Shown here piece by piece: positions 34,873 through 43,188 of a stretch of 64,000 nt of DNA. Both the position numbers and the translations under genes were made by a program. Origin of the DNA: Deltaproteobacteria bacterium (GTDB lineage Bacteria; Desulfobacterota; Anaeroferrophillalia; Anaeroferrophillales; Tharpellaceae); the NCBI GenBank assembly GCA_016938065.1, contig JAFGVI010000113.1:3256-67255 (forward strand), given 5' to 3'. Below the pieces are notes generated by a model. It saw only the letters and a list, made by a program, of their open reading frames with translations, searched no databases and was not told the origin of the DNA. Numbering within the stretch: the first letter of the stretch is position 1; each line of letters begins with the position of its first letter.

Positions 34873-36621
34873 ATGGTAGTCGGCCTTTCCAATGCTTTAA
34901 ATACCGCCAAAGTCGGCATGATGGCGAGTATGACCTCAATTGATATTATCGGGCATAATATCGCCAATGCCAATAACCCTGATTATCGGCGCCAGGTGGG
35001 TTATCTTGAGACGACCAATCCTATTCCCAGTGCTCTTGGTCCGAGAGGTACCGGGGTTCAGGTCAGTCGGATTGAATCTCTTTATGACCGCTTTCTGTTT
35101 CGTCAGGTAAATTATGAGAGTTCAAATCAAGGCAAGTGGGAAGCGTTTGCTAGTGGTCTTGACAGTGTTGAACGGGTTTTCAGCGATCTTGACGATAATG
35201 GCTTGCCGTCCCAGATGGCTGAATTCTGGGGGGCCTGGGAGGATCTGGCCAATCAACCTGAAGGTACTATTGAACGTGAGACTCTGATAGGTAAAAGTCA
35301 GGTTTTGTCGGCAACGCTCAACTCTATGGGAGACGATCTTGATTTTCAGCGGCAGGTAGCCAATAATTATATCGATAAAGGGGTAGCCGATATTAACCAG
35401 CTGGCCGCAAGTCTCGGGGCCATGAATCTGGCGATTATGGAATCTGAGGTCAGCGGTGGTCAGAACAACGACCTGCGTGACAAACAGTTGGCCATACTGG
35501 GGCAGCTTTCAACTCTGGTTGATATCGACTATAATGAAGATAATTCTGGTCAGCTTAATGTTATGCTTCAGGGAGGCAAGCCTCTGGTACTGGGCAGGGA
35601 GGTCTTTGCGCTTAAGAGTCAGATTGATGATCAGGGTGATTTTCATGTTTATTTCGGCTCCGAAGAAACCGCGATCGACGATGTTCTCGGCAGTGGTAAG
35701 ATGAAAGGCTGGATTGATGCCCGGGAGGAGCTGGTTAGGTCGCAGGATGACCTCAACCGTATGACCAGCGCTCTGATTTTTAATATCAATCAGGCTCATT
35801 TTCAGGGTTATAACCTTGATGGTGAAACCGGGTTGACCTTCTTTGATCATCGTATCGGCTTGACCGAGGGCCTGGATAATGGCGGCGATGCCCGGATCTC
35901 CTTTTATAATGATTCGACCAATGCCGGGGCTCCGGAAGGTATCGCCTGGGCTACCCTGGCCAATTGCGATGACTTTGAGATCAGGTTTACCGGCGATCAT
36001 GTCGATGGGAGTGGTTCAAAAGATTTCGTAGTTGTTAACACAACGACTGGAGTTAAACTTGATGCGGCTTCATACTCTATCAATGATGCGTCTGTCGACG
36101 GCAAATTGATTATCAGTTTCAATGATAGCAGCGATACCGCCTCTGAAGGCTACCATCTTGAGTTGGATTTTACGCCAGGTTCCGCTCCCCGAGCCGGGGA
36201 TAGTTTTACTCTCTCTTTCGGGGGGGATGCCGCCCGCACCATTGAGGTCAATCCGGATCTGGCCAACTCCGATAAAATCGCGATTTCCGACAACTATTTT
36301 GAGGTTCCCGGTAATAATAAGATAGCTCTGGAAATTGCCCAGCTTCAGCACCAGAAGTCGGTAGATAGTCGTTTTACCTACAGTGAATTTTACACCTCTT
36401 TAGTCAGTCGGGTCGGTTCGGCGTCATATACTGCGCAGGCCCGTCAGAGTCAGTCCAGCATGGTTCTGGAGCAGCTTAATCTCCGTGAAGATTCAGTTTC
36501 CGGAGTTTCGATAGATGAAGAGATGACCAATCTCATCAAGTTTCAGCAGTCATACCAGGCGACGGCCCGGATGATAACCACGATCGATGAGCTTATGCAG
36601 ATTCTTAATGACATGCTTTAA
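34873..36621 (+). CDS. flgK: flagellar hook-associated protein 1 FlgK
   Basis: ATG 34873 follows GGAGAG. The N-terminus is MVVGLSNALNTAKVGMMASMTSIDIIGHNIANANNPDYRRQ. The C-terminus is SGVSIDEEMTNLIKFQQSYQATARMITTIDELM. Confidence 0.9.
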   Translation: MVVGLSNALNTAKVGMMASMTSIDIIGHNIANANNPDYRRQVGYLETTNPIPSALGPRGTGVQVSRIESLYDRFLFRQVNYESSNQGKWEAFASGLDSVERVFSDLDDNGLPSQMAEFWGAWEDLANQPEGTIERETLIGKSQVLSATLNSMGDDLDFQRQVANNYIDKGVADINQLAASLGAMNLAIMESEVSGGQNNDLRDKQLAILGQLSTLVDIDYNEDNSGQLNVMLQGGKPLVLGREVFALKSQIDDQGDFHVYFGSEETAIDDVLGSGKMKGWIDAREELVRSQDDLNRMTSALIFNINQAHFQGYNLDGETGLTFFDHRIGLTEGLDNGGDARISFYNDSTNAGAPEGIAWATLANCDDFEIRFTGDHVDGSGSKDFVVVNTTTGVKLDAASYSINDASVDGKLIISFNDSSDTASEGYHLELDFTPGSAPRAGDSFTLSFGGDAARTIEVNPDLANSDKIAISDNYFEVPGNNKIALEIAQLQHQKSVDSRFTYSEFYTSLVSRVGSASYTAQARQSQSSMVLEQLNLREDSVSGVSIDEEMTNLIKFQQSYQATARMITTIDELMQILNDML

Positions 36622-36645
36622 CAACCTTTTTGCGAGGTTTTTATT

Positions 36646-38385
36646 ATGATACGAACCACTAAAAATCAATTCTACATGAGTGCTGAAAGTAATCTTTCGC
36701 GGATTACACAAGAGCGTGACCGCTATCTGCAACAGATTTCAACGGGCAAAAGTTTCAGTCGTATTTCTGAATCCCCGGTCAGTGCCACAGCGGTTCTCAC
36801 TTACAGGTCAGAGGATGTGAAGATCAGTCAGATGGGGCGTAATATGGTCCAGGGCAATATTCATCTGGGCGTAGCCAGCACTACTACTGATGAGATTCAC
36901 TCAGTTGTTTTTGATGCAAAAGATGTGATGACGGCCTGGTCCGAAATGACTTCCTGGACCGGTACATACGATAAGCAGTTACAGCAGACAATGATTCAGG
37001 ACATCACGCAATATGAAGACCGACTGTATGGTTTGGCCAATACGGTCAGCAGCGGAGGTTCAATTTTTGCGGGCTATCAGCGGCGTGAATCTGAGACCTA
37101 TAGTAAATTATCGACAACTGATTTTCCTCCGGGCGCGGTTTATAATGGAGATGGCGGAAATATCTCAATTGAAATCGGTGCCATGCAGACCCTGCAGCTT
37201 AACGTTGTTGGCGGCGGGTCGACTCTTGATGGTCGCGAGATTGAGGGGCTTTTTCGTAAAGATAAGGTACAGGACAGTGACGCCCGCGACATCTTTGAAC
37301 TTTTTTCGCAGATGCTGGCCGGTATGAAAAATAATACTAATGACGGGCATATTGCGGCGACGGGGTATCCTGTGCCGGAGCTGAGGGAGTTGGGAAGCGG
37401 AGAGCTCTTTTTTGTCGCCGAAGATGGCAGTGAAATCGAAATTTTGAATACGCATGCTGGAGGTACAGATAGTTCTGAAAATATTGCCAATAACGCTTGG
37501 AATATCAATGATACATCGGGGCATGGAGTAACGGCATTATTGCGGGTTGAGGTCACTGGAAATTCTTTGCCTAGTTTTCCAGCCGATCAAACCCTGGCTG
37601 CCGGGGATTTGAACATCAACGGTGTTGATATCGGACCTGTCAATTTTATTGAGGTTCCGCCCGGTGACAGGGCTGTTTCTGCTAATGCAGCCTTAAGCAA
37701 CATCAGGGCTCTGGCTTCGGCAATCAACCGTGAGAGTAATGAAACCGGGGTCTGGGCCACATACGAACCAGAGACCGTGGATGTAGCCCCCTATAACTAC
37801 AATCTGGTTCTGACGAGAACCGAAGCCGACGGCCAGCCGATTACCATTGATGTTACAGCCGCGGCTTACGGTCAAACTGGTCTCGGGGCATTCGGCGGTG
37901 GCACAACCGACTATTATCCCGGAGCTGCCGGCGACAGCCTTAACTCATCCTCTGTTATAAATGGGCATTCACACGTTTATGACAGCAATAATGGAACCGT
38001 AACCCTGGTTTCTGCCGAAGGGTTTACGCTACGGGAAAAAGGAGCCGGGGTTCTGCAGGCAACCTTGGGGATTGCCGTTAATGAAGGCTTGGATCGCTCT
38101 GTAAGTCAAAGCGTGCTTGATCGGCAGGTATCCCAGTTGGATGAGTATCTTACTCATATTACTGCCGAGAGCGCGTCGATTGCTGCCCGCCGCAATCATA
38201 TTGAAGCCAATCAGGAGAGTCTTGATGTCCGCTCTAATAATTTGCAGGATGCAATAGATAATTTGGAATCAGTAGATATGGAAGAGGCCATTATGAAATA
38301 TTATATGGCGCAGAACTACTATGAGGCGACCTTGGCATCAACCAGCCGCGTGATTGAAACTTCGATTTTGAATTATCTGCGTTAA
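36646..38385 (+). CDS. flgL: flagellar hook-associated protein 3 FlgL (long central insert)
   Basis: It has a flagellin-type N-terminus (LQQISTGKSFSRISESPVSA) and C-terminus (LESVDMEEAIMKYYMAQNYYEATLASTSRVIETSILNYL). It follows flgK. Confidence 0.85.
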   Translation: MIRTTKNQFYMSAESNLSRITQERDRYLQQISTGKSFSRISESPVSATAVLTYRSEDVKISQMGRNMVQGNIHLGVASTTTDEIHSVVFDAKDVMTAWSEMTSWTGTYDKQLQQTMIQDITQYEDRLYGLANTVSSGGSIFAGYQRRESETYSKLSTTDFPPGAVYNGDGGNISIEIGAMQTLQLNVVGGGSTLDGREIEGLFRKDKVQDSDARDIFELFSQMLAGMKNNTNDGHIAATGYPVPELRELGSGELFFVAEDGSEIEILNTHAGGTDSSENIANNAWNINDTSGHGVTALLRVEVTGNSLPSFPADQTLAAGDLNINGVDIGPVNFIEVPPGDRAVSANAALSNIRALASAINRESNETGVWATYEPETVDVAPYNYNLVLTRTEADGQPITIDVTAAAYGQTGLGAFGGGTTDYYPGAAGDSLNSSSVINGHSHVYDSNNGTVTLVSAEGFTLREKGAGVLQATLGIAVNEGLDRSVSQSVLDRQVSQLDEYLTHITAESASIAARRNHIEANQESLDVRSNNLQDAIDNLESVDMEEAIMKYYMAQNYYEATLASTSRVIETSILNYLR

Positions 38386-38413
38386 AAATTTTATCTCGTC
38401 AGTAAAGTTTTTC

Positions 38414-38440
38414 TAAAGTTTTCATGTTCATGGTCGAAAA
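38414..38440 (+). promoter_or_regulatory. sigma-28 (FliA) promoter upstream of flagellin
   Basis: TAAAGTTT-N11-GTCGAAAA. It would give a ~200-nt 5' leader ahead of the flagellin ATG. Confidence 0.7.
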
Positions 38441-38645
38441 GGAAGTTAATAAAACGCCGGACAACCTAACCTGATCAAATAATGCGGTTGACAATTAATT
38501 TAAACTGAATGAAAAAAAAGGAGGTTTAAAAAAGGCGGATTGAGAAAGATTTTATGTGCAGTGGATGAAGGATTCAACGTTATAATTTAACCCCTTTGAC
38601 CCCGGCAAGAAATGCCGAGGGAAAACCTAGAAAAGGAGAAACAAA

Positions 38646-39479
38646 ATGTCAGATATTTCATTGACCGCGGGAATGCGGCAGAACCTCTACAGCATGCAGC
38701 AAACAGCAACCCTGATGGATCGTACGGCGAGTCGTCTGAGTTCCGGTTATAAGGTGCAGACCTCATTGGATGATCCGATCAGCTACTTTGCCGCTCAGGG
38801 TCATCGTCAGCGGGCCTCCGACTTGGCGAGCCGTAAAGATGAGATGGGTGAAGCAATTCAGCTGGTCAAAGCAGGCTCTATCGGCATTGAGTCGGTTACC
38901 AACCTGGTAGCTTCGGCCAAATCACTGGCTCAGTCGGCTCTTTCGGGTGAGACCACAGACGAGATCAATGTTCTCGAATCGCAGTTCAATGCGTTAAGAA
39001 CCCAGATAGATGAACTCTCCGATGATTCCGGCTACAAAGGGGTTAACCTGCTGGACGGAACCGATGACACCTTGAAGGTCTCTTTTGATGAAAAAGGTGA
39101 GGCCTCGGTAACATTGACCGGATTTGACAGTTCGGCGGCGGGTTTAAGTATTGAACAGGTAAGCACAAATGATTGGGCCACCGGCGGCAAGGGCAATGCC
39201 ACTAATATTAATAACTCCATTACGCAACTTGATAACGCTCGGACAACTTTACGTACCAAGGCTAAAGGTCTGGCCGATAATCTTTCAACGATTACGAACA
39301 GACAGGATTTTACATCCAAAATGATTAATACGCTTAACGACGGTGCCGACAACCTGACACTCGCCGATATGAATGAAGAAGGGGCGAATATGTTGATGTT
39401 ACAGACCCGTCAGGGCTTGGGCACTTCCGCTCTGAGTATGGCTTCTCAAGCGGCACAGTCAGTACTTCGACTCTTCTAG
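38646..39479 (+). CDS. fliC: flagellin (short, 277 aa; FlaF/FlbT-associated type)
   Basis: Strong RBS AAAAGGAGAA. The N-terminus is LTAGMRQNLYSMQQTATLMDRTASRLSSGYKVQTSLDDPISYFAA. The C-terminus is LADMNEEGANMLMLQTRQGLGTSALSMASQAAQSVLRLF. Confidence 0.85.
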   Translation: MSDISLTAGMRQNLYSMQQTATLMDRTASRLSSGYKVQTSLDDPISYFAAQGHRQRASDLASRKDEMGEAIQLVKAGSIGIESVTNLVASAKSLAQSALSGETTDEINVLESQFNALRTQIDELSDDSGYKGVNLLDGTDDTLKVSFDEKGEASVTLTGFDSSAAGLSIEQVSTNDWATGGKGNATNINNSITQLDNARTTLRTKAKGLADNLSTITNRQDFTSKMINTLNDGADNLTLADMNEEGANMLMLQTRQGLGTSALSMASQAAQSVLRLF

Positions 39480-39592
39480 ACTTCTAGGTAGCGGCATGAA
39501 GAAATAAACGATAAAAATGTCGTGTTTAAAGTGAGATGCACTGGGGGGGGATTTCCCTCCCGGTGCAGTCGCGCGAGGAGATGGAGGAGGTT

Positions 39593-40396
39593 ATGGACAG
39601 TAATTTGATTGCCCTTAGTGTTGGCAGTGGGCAGGGGTTGCAGCAGCGTATGGCGACGCCCGGTTTGGCTCGATCGCCCGGTGCGCAGCAGACAGTTGAA
39701 GCCGGATCAGTATCGAAACGTTCACAAGGCACGCCGACTGGAGCCGTTGTGGATGGAGATCAGTTGAGCCCGAGTTTGGTAGGACGTGCGGCTACGCTTG
39801 AATGGCAGCAGGAAGTTGAGCTTGCGCAGAATATTGGAGTTGCGGATCAGGTCATGGGTGAGATAGACGATCAGTTGCAGAAGGCCAGGCAGGATCTTTC
39901 TGAAATTGTCAAAATGTTTCCACCTTATCCCCACGGCAGTGAAGAGCGGGCTGAGTTTTTAAACAGCTATCGTTCTTTACGTCTGCAGATTGATGATTTG
40001 GTCATTCCTCCAGAATATGATCTGTCCGCTCAGATTTTAGGAGGCGAGCTTCCAAGTGCTTCTCTTCCTGCAGAGTTAAATGGGTTGCAGGTTGATTCTG
40101 GGAGTTCTGGACTTGGTCTGATGGTTCCCGAGGTTCCGGTTGAAGATCTTGCGGATGAAGATCTTGCTCCTGTTATTGCTGATCTGGAGCGGGCTTCCGG
40201 AGTGTTAAAGGAACGGCGGCTGGGGTTGCAGGCGGCCGCAGTCGCACTTTTTGATAAGGCCGGAGGCGATGAAGCCCTGTATGCTGATTTGAGTCTGGAG
40301 GCAAAAGGAGGGCTCGCCGCTGCTGCCGATGCGACCATAGGTCGTCCCGAAACCGGAATTCACAATGATTTGCCAAACATTTATTGGGGTGAATGA
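39593..40396 (+). CDS. hypothetical soluble acidic protein in flagellin operon position
   Basis: ATG 39593 follows GGAGGAGG (track start 39536). It has no TM. The central motif is EIVKMFPPYPHGSEERAEFLNSYRSLRLQIDDL. No family was recognised. Confidence 0.55.
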   Translation: MDSNLIALSVGSGQGLQQRMATPGLARSPGAQQTVEAGSVSKRSQGTPTGAVVDGDQLSPSLVGRAATLEWQQEVELAQNIGVADQVMGEIDDQLQKARQDLSEIVKMFPPYPHGSEERAEFLNSYRSLRLQIDDLVIPPEYDLSAQILGGELPSASLPAELNGLQVDSGSSGLGLMVPEVPVEDLADEDLAPVIADLERASGVLKERRLGLQAAAVALFDKAGGDEALYADLSLEAKGGLAAAADATIGRPETGIHNDLPNIYWGE

Positions 40397-40411
40397 GGGT
40401 AGTTTTCCGGA

Positions 40412-40810
40412 ATGGCTCTAAAAATCAGTTTGCGACCTCAGGAAAGGATAGTGATTGCCGGAGCTGTAATAAGCAATGGTGGAAAACGTTGTGAACTGGT
40501 AATTGAAAATCAGGTTCCAATCCTGCGAGAGAAGGATCTGATGCGTGAAAGTGAAGCGGATACACCATGTCGGCGTATCTATTTTGTCGTCCAGTTGATG
40601 TACCTTGATCTGGAAAATCTTAAAGTTCATTATCAGAATTATTGGCGCCTGGTGGAAGAGGTGCTGGCCGCAGCGCCCAGCATGACGGTTTATGTTGACC
40701 GTATAAGTGAATGCCTGGTCGCCGAGAATTATTATCAGGCCTTGCGACGAGCCTGGGAACTGATTGATTACGAGAAGGAGGTGTTGAGCCGTGTCACTGA
40801 ATCCCATTAA
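40412..40810 (+). CDS. flbT: flagellin synthesis repressor FlbT
   Basis: The N-terminus MALKISLRPQERIVIAGAVISNGGKRCELVIENQVPILREKDLM matches the FlbT family pattern. Confidence 0.8.
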   Translation: MALKISLRPQERIVIAGAVISNGGKRCELVIENQVPILREKDLMRESEADTPCRRIYFVVQLMYLDLENLKVHYQNYWRLVEEVLAAAPSMTVYVDRISECLVAENYYQALRRAWELIDYEKEVLSRVTESH

Positions 40811-41174
40811 TGCCTATAAAAAAGTGGGTCAGGAGACCCTGTCAGGTCGTGATGTTGAGGCGATGGTTTTGCTGAAAGCTGCGAAAAAATTGCAGGATTG
40901 TCAGGATAACTGGGAGAGCGCCGATCGCGATCAAAAATTGGATGAGTCGCTTAAATTCAATCAGTTGATCTGGAGTATCTTTCAGAGTGAACTGGCGGCC
41001 GAAGATAATCCTCTGCCTAAGCCTTTGCGGGTCAGCCTGCTGCGCTTAAGTGCCTTCATCGATGGTCGTTCCCTGGAAACTTTGGCCTACCCGGCTTCTG
41101 AAAAATTGACCATCTTAATTAAAATCAACCGTAATATCGCCGCCGGATTGCGTCAACATCCCAAAGCCGCCTGA
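40791..41174 (+). CDS. flaF: flagellin synthesis regulator FlaF
   Basis: GTG start overlaps the flbT end. The segments AYKKVGQETLSGRDVEAMVLLKAA, NQLIWSIFQSEL and NPLPKPLRVSLLRLSAFI match the FlaF family pattern. Confidence 0.78.
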   Translation: MSLNPINAYKKVGQETLSGRDVEAMVLLKAAKKLQDCQDNWESADRDQKLDESLKFNQLIWSIFQSELAAEDNPLPKPLRVSLLRLSAFIDGRSLETLAYPASEKLTILIKINRNIAAGLRQHPKAA

Positions 41175-41287
41175 TCGGTATAGCCATATCAGCAAAGTTA
41201 ACTCTCTTTACATAAATGGGGTGTTCCGAGTATTTTCCTAACACGGCACCAGAGACAACTTAAGTTGTAACCTGTTTTGACGATAGC

Positions 41288-41331
41288 AAAAAGCGACTTT
41301 CGGGAGGCATTATCCTGAAGTCGCTTTTTTT
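41288..41331. terminator. bidirectional rho-independent terminator
   Basis: AAAAAGCGACTT - 18-nt loop - AAGTCGCTTTTTTT. The right arm overlaps the last codons of the convergent minus-strand ORF. Confidence 0.6.
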
Positions 41332-42515
41332 AGGTTTTCCGCATCTTTGAGTCGTCCGGCTTGTGTCATGGTTCTGGCTAACTCGTCTCCGGCGATCGCC
41401 AGTACTTCGGCGGTAAGAGTATCATTTTGTATTTTTATGAATGCCTGACGACCTTTTTCGCAGTCGTCCCGACAACAGACTGCCGCCGCATGTAGAAAGC
41501 TAGCTGCCTGATATTCAGGAACCTGCTGCAAGAGGTTATACAGACGTTTTGCTGCTGATTCCGATTGTCCCAGGTGGATTTCATAGAGTGAACGGTTAAG
41601 GTGACTTTCTTTGAGTTCCGGGTTTAGTTGAGATGATTTTTCAGCAGAAATCAAGGCCTGTTTGATGTTGCCGGAGGCAAATAGAGCTGTACCCAAATTG
41701 AGGTGGGCTTCAGCGTTGCAGGGGGCAATTTCTAAAAAACGTTGCCAAAGATTGATGGCATCCTGGTATCTTCCCAATACGCCGGCTTCTACTGCAAGTT
41801 CGCGGAGAGGAATAAGAGCCTCTTTCATTTCATCAAGTTTCTGTAATCCCAGCAAGAAATATTTTTCACTTTTGGCCTGAGCTGTCTTATGATTCAGTTT
41901 GCCGTAATGGTGAATGATGATCGGGCACGGCTGGGCCGAGATGCCGATTTCTGCAAGAGAGGGTGTGACAAGTTCGTGAACCGGGTAGGAAAAACGGATC
42001 TTTGCGTGGTTGCTCCAGAGTCTGGTTTTCAGACTTGGTATCCAGCCGTAACCGCGTTCTTCATCGGGGAAGCTGCCATTGTTGGCTTGCCAGCCGACAA
42101 TGTTTCTGTGGTTAATGTAGTTGCGGGTCAACAGTTGAAAGGCTGCAGGTTGAGGTGCCTGTTCGGCCGTGAGTTTTTTCAAGATTCCGTGGTCTGCGGT
42201 CGAAATTACCTCATCTGCATCAAGTACGAGAATCCAGTTGCCGGTGGCCTGAGCCAGTGAAAAATTACGGGCTGCAGCAAAGTCATTCTGCCATTTATAG
42301 TGAAATATTTTTGCCCCGAAGTTTTTGGCAATGGCACAACTTTGGTCTTTTGAGCCGGTATCAACAAATATAATTTCATCGGCAACCGCTTTGATACTTT
42401 TGAGGCTGACGGGTAACCATTTTTCCTCATCTCTGGCGATCAGACAGACGCTGAGTCCAGGATGTAACTTTTCCTCTTTACCTTGTTCACCACCGCCGGG
42501 GTGCGGGGGAGAGGT
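41310..42515 (-). pseudogene. GT2-family glycosyltransferase with C-terminal TPRs, lacking any conventional start (in-frame continuation of the upstream TPR ORF after a TGA)
   Basis: The minus-strand frame is open from 42515. It encodes LSVCLIARDEEKWLPVSLKSIKAVADEIIFVDTGSKDQS...NWILVLDADE (GT-A fold with DxD), then TPRs. The first in-frame ATG/GTG/TTG is TTG 42182, downstream of the DxD motif. Confidence 0.6.
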
Positions 42516-43025
42516 TCAATCGTGATCTGTTTTTGCAGAACTGTCCTCTTTACTTTCTGCAAACATTTCCAGGGCGCTGTTTGCCTCAATATTCCAAGGT
42601 TCAATCTCAAGGACTAGACTGAAAAAAACGCGGGCTTCTTCGGGAACTCCCAGAGCTAGACAGATATTGCCGATCATCAGTAAGGTTTCGGGATCTCTGG
42701 GGTTGCGTTTGAGAATTTCATTGTAGTGAAACATCGCTTCTTGAGGCAGTTTTTCGATGACAAAGATAAAGTCGGCCAGATTTTTGCGAAAAGTAATATT
42801 TTCTGGAGCCAGGCGTACGGCTTCTCGGTAGAGGCGTCCTACATGTTCAAATCTTTCTAGCTGGTGCGAAATAACCCCCAGATCGTTGTGCACTCGTGCA
42901 CTTATCAAATCTTGATTGTCGATAAAAGCCTGTAGTTGTTTTTCCGCTTCCAACAGATTACCATTGGCGGCCAGGTTTTCTGTTTCTGAAAAAAATTGCT
43001 CAATGATACTGTTTGTATTTGCCAT
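42516..43025 (-). CDS. TPR-repeat protein (169 aa)
   Basis: TPR-like helices are present (EAEKQLQAFIDNQ..., YREAVRLAPENITFRKNLADF, YNEILKRNPRDPETLLMIGNI). The ORF ends at a TGA that is in frame with the GT2 ORF. Confidence 0.7.
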   Translation of the reverse strand: MANTNSIIEQFFSETENLAANGNLLEAEKQLQAFIDNQDLISARVHNDLGVISHQLERFEHVGRLYREAVRLAPENITFRKNLADFIFVIEKLPQEAMFHYNEILKRNPRDPETLLMIGNICLALGVPEEARVFFSLVLEIEPWNIEANSALEMFAESKEDSSAKTDHD

Positions 43026-43188
43026 GACTCGTCCTCTAATTAAGTTGACGCAAATGCCCTTTGGATGCTATCCCCACCATGTCTAGCATGAAATATGTTT
43101 TTGTTGCAAGTATCCAGTGAATTTACAGGCAGTTTGCCGGTTATTTTCATTGGTCTTCAGCAGGATGATAAAAGTAAAGGTTTAAGTC

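Noticed and set aside
42470-42518. Selenocysteine recoding of the in-frame TGA (SECIS search)
   Set aside because: Downstream of the UGA I find only a 4-bp CACC/GGTG hairpin and a loose CCTCT/AGAGG pairing. Nothing resembles a bacterial SECIS, and the TGA sits in a linker, not at a catalytic position. I kept it only as something a search for selA/selB and SECIS models could exclude.
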